This document shows, one piece after another, positions 43,497-52,966 of a stretch of DNA of 64,000 bases. The stretch spans positions 248,001-312,000 of IMG/VR virus record IMGVR_UViG_3300023174_000036. One strand, 5' to 3'. Made by a program: the position numbers and the translations under genes. Each line of letters begins with the position of its first letter. The stretch's first letter is position 1. A model generated the notes under the pieces. That model worked only from the letters and a program-made list of their open reading frames with translations, searched no databases and was not told where the DNA came from.

Positions 43497-45401
43497 TTAC
43501 TTCTTGTCTGCGGGGTCAACCTCTGTGAAGGCCGCATCCACAGTTTGTTCACCACCTTCAGTTTGTGGTGCATTTTTGGCCTGCTCAGCGGCTTGTTTTT
43601 TAGACATAACCGGATTGGCCGCTTCAAAAAATGCAGTTAACGAAGTAGTGATAGCTTCTACATCTTCACCAGCAATTGCTGTTTGCACAGATGCCAATGC
43701 TGTTTCGTATGCAGTCTTTTCTTCTTCAGTCAACTGATCTTTGAATTCTTCAAAGTCTTTCTTAACACCGTGCGTGGTAGATTCTGCATTGTTACGTGCA
43801 TCAATCAACTCACGAGCTTTTTTATCAGACTCTGCATTTTCTTCAGCTTCCTGTACCATGCGTTGGATCTCAGCTTCGGTTAATCCCGAGTCTGACTTAA
43901 TAGTGATATTGTTTTCTTTACCAGTATTTTTATCTTTAGCACTGATTTTCATAATGCCGTTGGCATCGATATCAAATGTAACTTCAATTTGTGGCATACC
44001 GCGTGGTGCAGGAGCAATGCCATCCAACTTGAACTCACCCAATGCTTTGTTGTATTTGAACAATTCACGTTCACCTTGTGCTACCTTGATGTCAACAGCT
44101 GGTTGATTGTCGTCCGCAGTACTGAATGTTTGACTAGCTTTGGTTGGGATAGTTGTGTTCTTTTGAATCAACTTGGTAAACACACCACCCATTGTTTCAA
44201 TACCTAGTGATAATGGAGTAACGTCCAACAATAGAACGTCTGTCTTATCGCCTGCCAACACAGCACCTTGTACTGCGGCACCAGCGGCAACTGCTTCGTC
44301 TGGGTTAACATCTTTGCGTGGCGCCTTGCCAAACAGTTTCTCAACTGCTTCTTGTACTTTAGGCATACGTGTTTGTCCGCCAACTAGGATAACTTCATCA
44401 ATGTCAGCGGAAGTCACTTTAGCGTCCTTCATAGCAATCTTACATGGCTCAATTGATCGCTCGATAAGTTGCTCAACCATTGATTCAAACTTAGCACGAC
44501 TAATAGTTACATTCATGTGCTTAGGACCGCTTGCATCTGCGGTAATGTACGGCAAGTTAACACTGGTACTTGCTGTGCTAGACAACTCAATCTTGGCTTT
44601 CTCAGCTGATTCTTTCAAGCGTTGCAGAGCCAACATGTCTTTCTTCAAATCAATGCCAGAATCTTTCTTAAACTCGTCAACCAAATGATCCATGATAACT
44701 TGGTCAAAGTCTTCACCACCTAGGAATGTGTCGCCGTTTGTGCTTAGTACTTCGATTTGTTTATCGCCGTCGATATTCGCGATTTCAATGATCGAGATGT
44801 CGAAAGTACCACCACCAAGGTCGTAAACAGCAATTTTCCTATCTCTTTTATCAGCTTTATCAACGCCATAAGCAAGAGCTGCCGCAGTAGGCTCATTAAT
44901 AATACGGAGTACTTCCAAACCGGCAATGCGGCCAGCATCTTTAGTTGCTTGTCTTTGGCTGTCGTTAAAGTACGCAGGAACTGTGATAACTGCTTGGGTA
45001 ACTTCATGACCTAAATAGTCCTCCGCGGTCTTTTTCATTTTACGCAACACTTCAGCTGACACTTGCTGTGGTGCAAGTTTCTCGCCGTTAGCTTCGATCC
45101 ACGCATCACCGTTGTCAGCTTTGATGATTGAATAAGGCATTAGATCAATATCTTTTTGCACAGCTGATTCGTCAAACTTGCGGCCAATGAGACGCTTGCT
45201 TGCGTAGATTGTGTTTTTGGGGTTTGTGACTGATTGTCGTTTTGCTGTGGCACCTACTAGAATTTCTTTTTCTGTATATGCAACGATTGATGGTGTTGTT
45301 CTAGCACCTTCGCTGTTTGGGATTACTTTAGCAACTCCGCCTTCTAGGATTGCTACACAGCTATTTGTTGTACCTAAATCGATACCGATGATTTTGCTCA
45401 T
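43497..45401 (-). CDS. dnaK: Chaperone DnaK (Hsp70)
   Basis: [36 protein letters not shown]. Confidence 0.98.
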   Translation of the reverse strand: MSKIIGIDLGTTNSCVAILEGGVAKVIPNSEGARTTPSIVAYTEKEILVGATAKRQSVTNPKNTIYASKRLIGRKFDESAVQKDIDLMPYSIIKADNGDAWIEANGEKLAPQQVSAEVLRKMKKTAEDYLGHEVTQAVITVPAYFNDSQRQATKDAGRIAGLEVLRIINEPTAAALAYGVDKADKRDRKIAVYDLGGGTFDISIIEIANIDGDKQIEVLSTNGDTFLGGEDFDQVIMDHLVDEFKKDSGIDLKKDMLALQRLKESAEKAKIELSSTASTSVNLPYITADASGPKHMNVTISRAKFESMVEQLIERSIEPCKIAMKDAKVTSADIDEVILVGGQTRMPKVQEAVEKLFGKAPRKDVNPDEAVAAGAAVQGAVLAGDKTDVLLLDVTPLSLGIETMGGVFTKLIQKNTTIPTKASQTFSTADDNQPAVDIKVAQGERELFKYNKALGEFKLDGIAPAPRGMPQIEVTFDIDANGIMKISAKDKNTGKENNITIKSDSGLTEAEIQRMVQEAEENAESDKKARELIDARNNAESTTHGVKKDFEEFKDQLTEEEKTAYETALASVQTAIAGEDVEAITTSLTAFFEAANPVMSKKQAAEQAKNAPQTEGGEQTVDAAFTEVDPADKK

Positions 45402-45455
45402 AATTTTCTCCTTTAAATTAAGCAAGAATATGTAAAACCCTTACGGCGTTTTACA
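45402..45455 (-). promoter_or_regulatory. ROSE-like RNA thermometer upstream of dnaK
   Basis: GUAA-capped hairpin, then UUCUUGCUU-AAUUUA-AAGGAGAA; near-identical to hsp20 leader. Confidence 0.65.
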
Positions 45456-45467
45456 AATTTATTTATC

Positions 45468-45752
45468 TCAGATATTCTCTAAATTCTGAATATTTGACCA
45501 TTTTTTTAGTTTTTCAATCTTAGCTTCTTGGGCACGTTCAATGTTAGTATAGCTAACAATATCCATGCTTTGTAAGATATCAATCATGGCCAGCATATCG
45601 CCCAATTCTTCTTCAAGATGTTCTCTGTTAGTTTTGGGCTTTCCTGGTTTGAAATTATCTAGTCCAAAGCGGCTGATTTTACTTACCGCTTGTATAACTT
45701 CAGCACATTCTTCTTGGAGAATATCCATTACTTCTTTAGTTTGACTGTCCAT
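45468..45752 (-). CDS. MazG-like nucleotide pyrophosphohydrolase
   Basis: QEECAEVIQ...LEEELGDML. Confidence 0.85.
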   Translation of the reverse strand: MDSQTKEVMDILQEECAEVIQAVSKISRFGLDNFKPGKPKTNREHLEEELGDMLAMIDILQSMDIVSYTNIERAQEAKIEKLKKWSNIQNLENI

Positions 45753-45755
45753 ATA

Positions 45756-46340
45756 TTACCTTTGATTTGCAAATGGTGCGATATAATCGCCTGCACTGGT
45801 TGTGCTAGTGCGTAGTGTATTGTAGACATTTTGAATACCCACTGCTTGATTCCAAGCATCTTCCAATGCATGGTGGGCAGTAACTGGTGGGCGTTGTGGG
45901 TTGATACCTAAATCAAATGCTGTACGCACATCACGCACTTCCCAAAATTTCCAAGGAATAGCACGATTAATTTTGCGGTAAACATGCTCGCAAATGATGA
46001 TATCAAAGCAACTGCCATTTGCCCAAACACGTTTAGCACCCCAACAGAATTTATACAAGCGAGCAAATGCTTCTTCTATATCAAGTCTGTCAGTAGGATC
46101 AAAAGCCGCATCCTGGGCTTCTTTGCTTTGGCTAGCCCACCAAGCAATAGTATCATCGTTAGTGGTTAGTCCAATTCGGTCACAGCTATCTGTGTCTACC
46201 TTACAATAAAAACTATCCATTTTTGGCTCTTGTAATTCTCTGCCGAACGGATCAAATTTTACTGCGCCGATTGTAAGTATGGTTGCATCTGGAGTAGTGT
46301 TAAGCGTCTCCAAATCAATCATAACGTCTGTATTTGCCAT
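45756..46340 (-). CDS. DEDDh 3'-5' exonuclease
   Basis: MIDLETL, WANG..FD, HHALEDA. Confidence 0.9.
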   Translation of the reverse strand: MANTDVMIDLETLNTTPDATILTIGAVKFDPFGRELQEPKMDSFYCKVDTDSCDRIGLTTNDDTIAWWASQSKEAQDAAFDPTDRLDIEEAFARLYKFCWGAKRVWANGSCFDIIICEHVYRKINRAIPWKFWEVRDVRTAFDLGINPQRPPVTAHHALEDAWNQAVGIQNVYNTLRTSTTSAGDYIAPFANQR

Positions 46341-46368
46341 TTAAGTTCTTTCTTTATTAGGAACTTAA

Positions 46369-46397
46369 ATTATAGCATAACACAGACGTTATGTCAA
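46369..46397 (-). promoter_or_regulatory. Consensus sigma70 promoter TTGACA-N17-TATAAT
   Basis: Perfect consensus. Confidence 0.85.
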
Positions 46398-46624
46398 TAC
46401 ATTTTTTTAGGTAATTGTTGACTTTCGAGTTTCTTGCGCCAACGAGCTTTGGCCGCACCTTTTTTACGTTTGCGTTCTGTCGTTGGTTTTTCATAAAACT
46501 CATGCTTTCTAAGGTCGTCTAGAATACCTGCTTCCTCAATCTTTTTCTTAAATCTTCTCAAAGATTGATTAATATTTTCGTTATCTCTAACAGTAATCCC
46601 TGTGCCTTTACTCTTCTTCAACAT
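46394..46624 (-). CDS. rpsU: Ribosomal protein bS21
   Basis: [17 protein letters not shown]...[18 protein letters not shown]. Confidence 0.9.
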   Translation of the reverse strand: MLKKSKGTGITVRDNENINQSLRRFKKKIEEAGILDDLRKHEFYEKPTTERKRKKGAAKARWRKKLESQQLPKKMY

Positions 46625-47018
46625 CTGTGTCGTCCTCGTCTTGTTTGATTTTTTCAATAATCCAGTCTAAATTATAAATTCTATTTTTACTAATCAACTT
46701 ATAAGGAATGGTATCATCGTTAGTTATATAGTAAGAATTAGGATGAGCCAATAAAAATGTAATAAAGTGACTTGTGATTAAATCACAATTATCAACATCA
46801 ATAATTATAACTTCAACTTGTTGTGCAATACTCAGTAACCAACCAATATCGTGATCGTCTTCGTCGTACACAAATACATTTACATCATCTAAAATCTGGC
46901 TTAAAATAATTTGAAACTGCTCTTTAACTTGAGTAGATGGTTTGATTAACAGATAGCTAAGGTTCATATTGAACAACTTATCCGGCGGTGTTATCAGGGT
47001 AATTTTTCCTAAGTTCAT
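46608..47018 (-). CDS. Hypothetical protein
   Basis: ORF in operon. Confidence 0.7.
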   Translation of the reverse strand: MNLGKITLITPPDKLFNMNLSYLLIKPSTQVKEQFQIILSQILDDVNVFVYDEDDHDIGWLLSIAQQVEVIIIDVDNCDLITSHFITFLLAHPNSYYITNDDTIPYKLISKNRIYNLDWIIEKIKQDEDDTDVEEE

Positions 47019-47322
47019 ATATCCTTCTTGCGAAATATTCCAGTTTATCTTTTGGATAACTATTAAACCTTGGACCGTCTGTGTTAGTTTTCTCTAAGAA
47101 ATCTGCCAATTCAGGTTCCGCGATATTATCTACTGCAACTTGTTCAAATGCACCTTGTGAATAATAAGTGTACAATTCGTCGATGGGTTTCATCTCGGGT
47201 CTTGCTATTATTCTATTCCAAATTGAGTTTGATTCTTGTTGTTCTTCGTTTTGTATGTAGCCTATTCTCGAGCCTTGATCTGTATCGTCCCTGTTTCGTC
47301 CTTGATCATGTAAGTCTTTTTT
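46978..47322 (-). CDS. Predicted -1 frameshift extension of the 47262-48512 protein (includes ORF 46978-47193)
   Basis: -1 frame open from A_AAA_AAG (47316-47322) to 46978. Confidence 0.55.
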   Translation of the reverse strand, partial: KKDLHDQGRNRDDTDQGSRIGYIQNEEQQESNSIWNRIIARPEMKPIDELYTYYSQGAFEQVAVDNIAEPELADFLEKTNTDGPRFNSYPKDKLEYFARRIYELRKNYPDNTAG

Positions 47323-48512
47323 TTTGACTCTTCTGATGCGGGCTCAATAACTTCTGTCAAATCAGGTTTGATTCTGTCACCTGTTACTTCTATGAAAGTA
47401 TTGTCAGCAGTTATTGTTTCAGGATGATAGCGTTTTGCCTCTTCTTGTTTTATAGCTTCATGTTCCAACTCGCGTTCAGCTTGTTCGATCATCTTGTTCC
47501 ATTTTTCTAGCTCTGACTCTTCAGTGAATGGTACTGAAGGTTCCTCCGATGCTGTTATATCACCTCCTAGTGCAGTCAACGGTGTTTCGCTTGGAACTTC
47601 TGTGTGTGTGGGTTCTATGACAGTAGGTTCGATAACTATGCTATTTCCGCTCTCCGTAGTCAGGCTGTCATCCTCTGCTGATTCTTCTTTGGGAATATAT
47701 TCTTGTGGTTGAGGTACAATGTCGTTAATACTTACAGGTACTGGTTCGACTTCTTCTTTCTTCCAACCAAAAGTCATCTGTGCGGCCAGCAACATGATAA
47801 CTGCTAGCGGATCAAACACAACAACAATAAGAACAATGATCCATGTTACTGCTTTTTCCAACATGTTTTCATCTGCGCCATGATCGCCGTAGATGAATTT
47901 AGCAATATATTTTATCGGACCAACTTCCGCTTCAACTTTTCGAACTTCGGCCGCAATTGGCGCACGTTCTTCGTTGAGTCCGGCGATTTTCTTTTGAGAC
48001 TCTGCAATGTCTTGAGCGATGCGACTACGTTCTTTCTGCTGGGCTTTTCGAATGGCAACGGCTTTTTCTGCGCCCTTTTCATCCGAACTGCGACCCATAA
48101 CTTGGTCCACCGATTCATCAAGCTGTTTGAGCACTTTGCGATTAGCATCTATGTTTTCTTTTTCTGTTTTGATTTTTTCGTCGTATATGGCAATCTTACT
48201 TTGAACATCGCCGCTGACTAAATTTTGATCATTGTGTGCTTTACTTAGGAATCCAAAGATGCCCATCGATGTTATAATCATTAACACAATCACCGCAGTG
48301 ATCATATAATATTTTATAAAACGTGGAGCACGTTCCCAATTGGCTTTTAACCAAGAGGCACACACAAGTTTACCAACTTCCAAAGCTGAACCCATAATGA
48401 TAATTGGAATTACTGCCGCTGAAAATATTGCGGTAAGACCTACTACTGAGTAATAGATCGCTACCGCAGATATTGTTAAGCCAGTAAGAAGTAGTAACCA
48501 GGCTAAAATCAT
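47262..48512 (-). CDS. Inner-membrane coiled-coil protein with acidic C-terminal region
   Basis: Three N-terminal TMs, coiled coil, IVVVFDPLAV TM. Confidence 0.85.
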   Translation of the reverse strand: MILAWLLLLTGLTISAVAIYYSVVGLTAIFSAAVIPIIIMGSALEVGKLVCASWLKANWERAPRFIKYYMITAVIVLMIITSMGIFGFLSKAHNDQNLVSGDVQSKIAIYDEKIKTEKENIDANRKVLKQLDESVDQVMGRSSDEKGAEKAVAIRKAQQKERSRIAQDIAESQKKIAGLNEERAPIAAEVRKVEAEVGPIKYIAKFIYGDHGADENMLEKAVTWIIVLIVVVFDPLAVIMLLAAQMTFGWKKEEVEPVPVSINDIVPQPQEYIPKEESAEDDSLTTESGNSIVIEPTVIEPTHTEVPSETPLTALGGDITASEEPSVPFTEESELEKWNKMIEQAERELEHEAIKQEEAKRYHPETITADNTFIEVTGDRIKPDLTEVIEPASEESKKKTYMIKDETGTIQIKARE

Positions 48513-48521
48513 TCGATAATC

Positions 48522-49097
48522 TTAATCAAAAAGTGTTGCTTCGTCAATAATTGAAACTGCAACAGTTCCAAACTGTTGTGTGGCTGTTGCACCTGTTGTT
48601 GTTACTGTAAGAGACATTTGGGTGTCTTCTGCTGTGGCACCGTTGTATACACGAACGTTGGCAACAGTTACATCTCTAATGCCACGTGTAATTGCATCTC
48701 TAATGGCCAATGCAGTTGTAGTAATTGCGGTAGATCCATCGACTGCTGTTCCGCTAACAGTAATTAAAGCAGGTCTGTCATACGCAACTGTAAATGCCAA
48801 ACTGGTTGCTTGAGCATCGCCGTTGGTTTCGGTAATGGTGATATCGCGAATTTGACAATCACCCAATCCTGTCAAACGATTAACTACGTTACGGAAACGC
48901 ATGTTTCCTCTAGCACGGGCTTTGCCTTTGGCCAGTGTGGTTGGCAATGTGGCAAAACTGTCCGATGCGCTTGGAGTAACTCCACCGTTATCGTCGCTAT
49001 CTGCGGTTGGGTAATATGTGCTATTACTCATTGTAATAGTGGCTCTATACATTTCAGCTTGTAGCTGATTTGCGTCGTTTTGAAATCCTGATGGCAT
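48522..49097 (-). CDS. Probable virion structural protein
   Basis: A/T-rich beta composition; TAAATA late motif upstream. Confidence 0.6.
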   Translation of the reverse strand: MPSGFQNDANQLQAEMYRATITMSNSTYYPTADSDDNGGVTPSASDSFATLPTTLAKGKARARGNMRFRNVVNRLTGLGDCQIRDITITETNGDAQATSLAFTVAYDRPALITVSGTAVDGSTAITTTALAIRDAITRGIRDVTVANVRVYNGATAEDTQMSLTVTTTGATATQQFGTVAVSIIDEATLFD

Positions 49098-49129
49098 TTT
49101 ATGTGCTCCTTAATATCTAATATTTATCG

Positions 49130-49465
49130 TTACTTGAACACTATTAGTGCTAAAAGAGCGGCCTGAACAAAGAATCCAAACCCAATTGTAACAATGTTTA
49201 ATACATCTTTTTGTATAGTGGCTTTGACAAAAAAGCAAAATAACCCACTCCATGCAAACAGTACCAAATCAACAGGAGGCATTTTCTCAGTTAATCCCGT
49301 TAATACTGCCAATAAAGTTGGAAGTGTAGCAAGATGCATGAGAACCACAGCAATCCATCCCATGGTTTCTGCTGAAATGTTGGGTGCGTGTTCTTTGATG
49401 TTTTTAACTAACAAATTTAAATCAAATGCATCGTGCGCAATTTTTTTAATGTGTTCAATATTCAT
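49130..49465 (-). CDS. Small membrane protein
   Basis: Three hydrophobic segments. Confidence 0.7.
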   Translation of the reverse strand: MNIEHIKKIAHDAFDLNLLVKNIKEHAPNISAETMGWIAVVLMHLATLPTLLAVLTGLTEKMPPVDLVLFAWSGLFCFFVKATIQKDVLNIVTIGFGFFVQAALLALIVFK

Positions 49466-49473
49466 ACTAGTCC

Positions 49474-50004
49474 TTAATTATAAAAAATGTGACGGCCAAT
49501 CTTGGCCACAGGTTGTTTGCCCCATTTTGGGTTAATATAATCGCCATGGAAATAAAGTGCATGTTTTATTGATGGCAATCTAAATCCTTCCAGCAATACT
49601 TTTTTGGCTACTTCCATACTTTCCGTGTACACCGGACCATTCATAGGCTTTTTAGCACTAGGGCCGTCACAATACCAACTGAATTGGCAAAGGACTTTTT
49701 CGTACACTACATTCTTTTGATATACTACTTGGCAGATGTCCGACGGAAATTGTCCACTTTCTGCTCTATTGATTGTTACTTGAGCAACAGCTACTTTGCC
49801 TTCGAAAGACTCGTAACCTGCTTCATGGTATATGTTACGAGCAAGACAGTCTAGTTGTTTTTGTCTTAATTGTGCTGTAACTGGGCTCGCTTGTTCACGA
49901 GCTGATTTCAAGGTATCGAATTTATAATTAACTGCTCTATACCCTGCAAATACTACTAGCGATATTGCTAGTAAAAATACTACTGCTTTTATGATGCGTA
50001 TCAT
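49474..50004 (-). CDS. Cell wall hydrolase (SleB/Hydrolase_2)
   Basis: CLARNIYHEA, VAVAQVTINR, QFSW, ALYFH, IGRHIFY. Confidence 0.9.
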   Translation of the reverse strand: MIRIIKAVVFLLAISLVVFAGYRAVNYKFDTLKSAREQASPVTAQLRQKQLDCLARNIYHEAGYESFEGKVAVAQVTINRAESGQFPSDICQVVYQKNVVYEKVLCQFSWYCDGPSAKKPMNGPVYTESMEVAKKVLLEGFRLPSIKHALYFHGDYINPKWGKQPVAKIGRHIFYN

Positions 50005-50172
50005 TTTATTTCTCCTTTACGCTGGATCACGGAATTGCTAGTCCCGCTGTTACAAATGGCTTCGATACATCTCCTTGTGCGTTAAAAGCCTACTGCTTAA
50101 TTGCCCTAAAACCTATTAGGGCAATATATAATTATCATCTGTGTACATGGTACAAAATACTAAGTTTATAGT

Positions 50173-50577
50173 TTAACGTCTCATACGACTAATGTCAACA
50201 GCTTGTTCATCGCTAAACACCGGTACTGCGTTGCTTTTATGCATGGTTGCAATGCCTTTAACCATTGTGCCTGTATAAACTTTGGATGGAGCAAGTGTAG
50301 CATTGCCACCTGTGTCTCTACTAGGAATATGTGACGTGCCACGACCTTCTGGAATAGACAAACTATAATGACCTTTTAAGGGTTCAGCTGTTAAGCCTCT
50401 CTTACGTTTTTTATCCTCAGCTTCAATAGCCCAACGTTTTTGTAATTCTTTCCAAGACTCATCCAATTCTCTAGCCTTTCTGGCATGCTCTGCCGAAGCA
50501 AATTTCTTTTTACCTTTTTTCTTGCCAGTGGTACTTAGCCACGGACCTTCTAAATGCATACTCAAAATAATCTCCAA
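50173..50577 (-). CDS. Conserved phage hypothetical protein
   Basis: KVYTG...GIATMHKSNAVPVF motif. Confidence 0.7.
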   Translation of the reverse strand: MEIILSMHLEGPWLSTTGKKKGKKKFASAEHARKARELDESWKELQKRWAIEAEDKKRKRGLTAEPLKGHYSLSIPEGRGTSHIPSRDTGGNATLAPSKVYTGTMVKGIATMHKSNAVPVFSDEQAVDISRMRR

Positions 50578-50596
50578 AAATAATAACGATACTAGT

Positions 50597-50625
50597 ATTA
50601 TACTAATAAAATTCGACTAAGTCAA
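50597..50625 (-). promoter_or_regulatory. Sigma70-like promoter TTGACT-N17-TATAAT
   Basis: Direct motif match. Confidence 0.75.
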
Positions 50626-50631
50626 AGGTTG

Positions 50632-50958
50632 TTATACTCGAAATGATTCACCGCATCCACAACGATCTCGTTCGTTGGGATTGATGAAATCAAAACCTTC
50701 ATTGAGTCCATTGCGAACCCAATCCATTGTCAAGCCATTTAGATAAGCTAGACTTTTGGCATCTATTAATACCACAAAGTCTTTTTGAGCAAAGTTGGTT
50801 ACACCCACTTCGGCAGTGTACTCGTCCACGTATTCCATAGTGTAGGCCAATCCACTACAACCAGTGGTTCTTACACCTATACGAATACCAACACCCTTGC
50901 CGCGTTTGAGTAAATTTTGTTTTATTTTTTTAGACGCTGTGTCGGTTACGGTAATCAT
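50632..50958 (-). CDS. iscA: Fe-S carrier IscA
   Basis: GCSGLAY, CGCGESF. Confidence 0.95.
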   Translation of the reverse strand: MITVTDTASKKIKQNLLKRGKGVGIRIGVRTTGCSGLAYTMEYVDEYTAEVGVTNFAQKDFVVLIDAKSLAYLNGLTMDWVRNGLNEGFDFINPNERDRCGCGESFRV

Positions 50959-51313
50959 TTACAGCCGCTTTGATAGCATCTTCTGCTAGAATAGAACAAT
51001 GTATTTTAACTGGAGGCAATGCTAGTTCTTCTGCAATTTGACTGTTCTTGAGATTAATAGCATCATTGATGTGCATACCTTTGACCCACTCCGTAACCAA
51101 ACTTGAACTGGCAATTGCTGAACCACAGCCGTATGTTTTGAATTTGGCATCAGTAATGATGCCATCTTCGTCTACTTTTATCTGTAGTTTCATTACATCG
51201 CCACATGCCGGAGCACCAACCATGCCAGTACCCACGGTGGGATCATCTTTTTCAAATGATCCCACATTGCGTGGATTTTCGTAGTGGTCGATTACTTTTT
51301 CTGAATATGCCAT
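50930..51313 (-). CDS. iscU: Fe-S scaffold IscU
   Basis: HYENPRNVG, GAPACGDVM, GCGSAIASSS, LPPVKIHC. Confidence 0.97.
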   Translation of the reverse strand: MAYSEKVIDHYENPRNVGSFEKDDPTVGTGMVGAPACGDVMKLQIKVDEDGIITDAKFKTYGCGSAIASSSLVTEWVKGMHINDAINLKNSQIAEELALPPVKIHCSILAEDAIKAAVNDYRNRHSV

Positions 51314-51314
51314 A

Positions 51315-51626
51315 TTATTGTATACAGGTCCTAGTTCTAGTTATTGTGCCATCTGAGTGCTGGGTTTCCGTCCATACTGTACAGCTTGGTTGCGGAGTTA
51401 CTGAATACACGGGTTGCGACTGTATGATAACTGGTTGTTGTACAACCACAGGAGGTTCATAGTAACGTGGACGATTTAACTCGTATCCAATTACTCCTCC
51501 AATAATCACAGGTGCAATCCAATTGTTATTATAGCCGCCGCGATAGTGTCCACCATGATGATGCCATTGTGCATTGGCCGTGCCTACCATTGCCAACATT
51601 GAGATTGCTAGTAATATCTGTTTCAT
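51315..51626 (-). CDS. Small secreted protein
   Basis: Signal peptide, H/G-rich segment, C-terminal Cys pair. Confidence 0.65.
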   Translation of the reverse strand: MKQILLAISMLAMVGTANAQWHHHGGHYRGGYNNNWIAPVIIGGVIGYELNRPRYYEPPVVVQQPVIIQSQPVYSVTPQPSCTVWTETQHSDGTITRTRTCIQ

Positions 51627-51674
51627 AATAGTCTCCAGGCTATACTAATATAACGCCTTAGGCGCTAGTTTCGT

Positions 51675-51794
51675 TTACTCTGCCTTCTTAAACATACCCA
51701 TTACTTTTGCTTGAATATTTTTGGCAAAATTTGGCTGAGGAAAGTTCCAGCCGATAAAAGCACCCAGTGCTAACCAAAATAAAGTTTCTAACAT
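51675..51794 (-). CDS. Small membrane peptide (39 aa)
   Basis: Translated by eye; AGGAGG SD. Confidence 0.6.
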   Translation of the reverse strand: MLETLFWLALGAFIGWNFPQPNFAKNIQAKVMGMFKKAE

Positions 51795-51832
51795 AATACA
51801 CCTCCTAAAAAGAGCGTACTATATTTATCAAA

Positions 51833-52036
51833 TTATTTTGCAACTTTTGCTTCAGATCTTGCGTTCTTAACTGCGGTAACATCGTTACGAGTTTCTTTGC
51901 ACAACTTGGCCAAATCTTGACAATGTTTACGTACACGGGTGCCGGCAGCGCCAACTTCCTTGTCATAAAACTTTTCGAAGTCTGCTTCCATTGCTTCTAC
52001 GATCTTTGTAAATTCTGCGTGTTTGTTTGTAGCCAT
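51833..52036 (-). CDS. Histone H1-like (Hc1-family) small basic protein
   Basis: FEKFYDKEVGAAGTRVRK motif. Confidence 0.7.
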   Translation of the reverse strand: MATNKHAEFTKIVEAMEADFEKFYDKEVGAAGTRVRKHCQDLAKLCKETRNDVTAVKNARSEAKVAK

Positions 52037-52107
52037 TTTTAATAATCCTTTATATGAAGTACAGAGTACTTATACCTAGTGTACAAGGGTTAAAAATAAA
52101 TGTCTAG

Positions 52108-52413
52108 TTAATTGGCAATAACGTTTGGAGAACCGGCAGTAATGGCACCGGCATCGGTAGAATCGCCCACCCGAGCAACACCAATACCGCCAACAAACAC
52201 ATTACCCGAACCAGCATTGATAGCCGCGCCATGTGGTACACAATTCCTTCCACTTTTGATTGTGTGAGCGGCTGTGGGGTTACCAATGCATTCAACAGCA
52301 ATACCATTTGCAAACACTTTGGCGCCAGCGCCAGTAGGACCAGTCACAGTTGTTGTACCGTCACAACCGTGACCTGTGGTAGTTGGATCTCCGTCTCTGG
52401 CTATTGCTGGCAT
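52108..52413 (-). CDS. PAAR-domain tail spike tip protein
   Basis: PAIARDGD..TGHG...VARVGD...AGSPNV. Confidence 0.9.
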   Translation of the reverse strand: MPAIARDGDPTTTGHGCDGTTTVTGPTGAGAKVFANGIAVECIGNPTAAHTIKSGRNCVPHGAAINAGSGNVFVGGIGVARVGDSTDAGAITAGSPNVIAN

Positions 52414-52421
52414 AATACTAT

Positions 52422-52712
52422 TTATTTTAAAGCAATGCCGGTAGTATTTTGAATATACTGATCCGAAGCATCTTTAGCAGTTGGTGCTAGCACCATAATA
52501 GTTGAACGCGAAATACTAACATTAGTATCCATTTCAACTGTAAACAAAAATGGCACAAGTGCAATACCTTTTTGACCTGCTGTTAACACCAATGGCTTAT
52601 TCACTGTAACTGACATTGGATTCTCGTCAACTAATTTAGCAACGATTTCTTCGCCTGCTGTTGTTTTGATTGTTACTACTTCGCCCGTTGCGATACCTTT
52701 ATTGATTAGCAT
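52422..52712 (-). CDS. Small beta-barrel (Sm-like) hypothetical protein
   Basis: VVTIK...GEEIVAKL pattern. Confidence 0.6.
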   Translation of the reverse strand: MLINKGIATGEVVTIKTTAGEEIVAKLVDENPMSVTVNKPLVLTAGQKGIALVPFLFTVEMDTNVSISRSTIMVLAPTAKDASDQYIQNTTGIALK

Positions 52713-52714
52713 GT

Positions 52715-52957
52715 TTACCCTTTGAGTGTGTTAAAAAATTCTTCGTCTTTACCTGCAAGGCCTTGAAAGCCGCCAGGAAGGAGAACGCCATCCTTGAAAA
52801 TTTGTGGAACACTACGCAGTCCCTGATCCATCAAGAACTCACGTGCAGTTGGTTCATCTTCCATTTTAATAACTGTGAACGGAACATCTTTACTTTCTAA
52901 TAATGCTTTGGCTCTGTCACAAAACGGACAGTTGTTTTTTGAATATACTGTGATCAT
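52715..52957 (-). CDS. Glutaredoxin
   Basis: CPFC, RSVPQIF. Confidence 0.95.
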   Translation of the reverse strand: MITVYSKNNCPFCDRAKALLESKDVPFTVIKMEDEPTAREFLMDQGLRSVPQIFKDGVLLPGGFQGLAGKDEEFFNTLKG

Positions 52958-52966
52958 TGTTTTCTC

